Assembly (NCBI GenBank): GCA_029941565.1
Contig: JAPYRN010000019.1
Location: 4,228 to 68,227, forward strand
Direction: 5' to 3'
Source: Candidatus Latescibacterota bacterium
GTDB lineage: Bacteria; Latescibacterota; UBA2968; UBA8231
DNA: 64,000 bases
Each line of letters opens with the position of its first letter. Positions within the stretch are counted from its first letter, which is position 1. A model generated the notes under the pieces. The model did not search any database. It saw only the letters and a program-made list of their open reading frames with translations, and was not told the origin of the DNA. Shown piece by piece: positions 63,205-64,000 of this stretch. The translations under genes were made by a program, and so were the position numbers.

Positions 63205-64000
63205 GCCAGTTCTTCGGCCACCGTCGTTGCCGGTCCGTGCCCTGGGTACAATGTCGTCTCCGGCGCCAGCGACAGTAGCCCCCCAGCGACCGCTGCCTGC
63301 TGGCCGGAATAGGCTGTGCGACTTCTTGTGCCTCCAAGCGAACCGGCAAACAGCGCGTCGCCGACGAAGGCAATGCCCTCGGGATGCAGCAGAGAGACGC
63401 CACCCGGCGTATGGCCACCGGTGGCCCGAATGTCGAACATCTGATCGCCAACGCCCACCTGCTCGCCGGGGACCAATCGTTGCCCTATATGCCGCGCCCT
63501 GTCCCCCGTCAACTCCAGATCGGCGGCGCAGATCGCCGTGTCGACGCCCGTGGCGGCAACGACACCGTCGAGGGCATCCACATGATCATGGTGCCCATGG
63601 GTCAGCCAGATGCTGGCAACCTCCGCATCGGCCTCACGCAGGGCCTGCAGAATGCGCTCGGCCTGAAATCCTGGATCGATGACGGCGGCACGACGGGTGC
63701 GTCGACAGATTGCCACATACCCATTCATCAGGAAGTCGGTACCCAATACCAGCATGCGCACTTCGAGCCCGTCCGTCCGCTCCCCTTCAGGATGCGGCTG
63801 TGCCGGAAAGAAGGTCGCCGCTGCGCTGGCCTGAAGCTTGCGCTCGTGCAGACCAAGAGCTTCGGCCAGGCCCCGCACGACGCCCTCATCGGTGGGTCCC
63901 TCGTAGGCTTCGATCGCTTCGAGATCCCGAGCCTCGACCTTCATACGCTCCGCTAGATCGTCGATCGAAAGTTCCTGTCCCCGTCGGGCCTTGCCGACGA
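63183..64000 (-). CDS. XRE-type HTH fused to an MBL-fold metallo-hydrolase (5' end beyond the window)
   Basis: The MBL motifs are WLTHGHHDHVDAL, GGHTPG and LFAGSLGG. My in-frame translation upstream of the listed ATG (63944) has no stop up to position 64000. It reads VGKARRGQELSIDDLAERMKVEARDLEAIE, which is XRE helix-turn-helix-like. Confidence 0.75.
   Translation of the reverse strand, partial: VGKARRGQELSIDDLAERMKVEARDLEAIEAYEGPTDEGVVRGLAEALGLHERKLQASAAATFFPAQPHPEGERTDGLEVRMLVLGTDFLMNGYVAICRRTRRAAVIDPGFQAERILQALREADAEVASIWLTHGHHDHVDALDGVVAATGVDTAICAADLELTGDRARHIGQRLVPGEQVGVGDQMFDIRATGGHTPGGVSLLHPEGIAFVGDALFAGSLGGTRSRTAYSGQQAAVAGGLLSLAPETTLYPGHGPATTVAEELAHNPFFL

Noticed and set aside
1-64000. 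Search by eye for CRISPR arrays, tRNA/rRNA genes, IS elements, integrases and prophage genes
   Set aside because: I saw no regularly spaced direct repeats, no cloverleaf-capable intergenic segments (all gaps are short), and no transposase- or integrase-like ORFs. Absence is based on visual inspection only.

Overview
This is a visibly GC-rich (not computed), densely coding bacterial chromosomal segment with about 60 protein genes on both strands. I saw no rRNA, tRNA, CRISPR array, transposase or integrase. All family calls come from motif recognition in the supplied translations and my own hand translations. No searches were run.

Recognisable housekeeping genes:
- mreC (partial) and mreB
- purB, pyrH, cysC, hisI
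- ftsH, hemE
- korA and korB (2-oxoacid:ferredoxin oxidoreductase)

Metabolic and transport modules:
- A TatT-associated TRAP transporter (tatT-dctPQM) followed by a ManD-like enolase-superfamily dehydratase.
- A LarA-like racemase / sugar-phosphate isomerase / SDR / AKR / MFS / RidA cluster.
- A flavoprotein-MocA-XdhC-CN-hydrolase operon with no molybdoenzyme in the window.
- An ECF sigma / anti-sigma / LTxxQ (Spy/CpxP-like) module.
- An orphan 2-oxoacid dehydrogenase E2.

The most unusual content is a tightly packed 9.4-kb three-gene minus-strand operon (19532-28898). Two very large polytopic, OPT-like membrane proteins flank a ~1500-aa fusion protein. That fusion carries a PA/M28-like ectodomain whose metal and catalytic residues are substituted, an FtsX/MacB-type permease module, and an unrecognised cytoplasmic tail. 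None of the three proteins has a P-loop, and no ABC ATPase gene is nearby. The operon is transcribed divergently from an intact-looking M42-like peptidase.

Other notable items:
- A short UvrA paralogue with degenerate ATPase motifs.
- A 938-aa orphan protein.
- A ~150-180-nt structured intergenic element present in two diverged copies.
- Several disrupted genes: a frameshifted mltB, an internally deleted MinD/ParA-like ATPase, and a multiply frameshifted DUF547 gene. These indicate either real gene decay or assembly indels.
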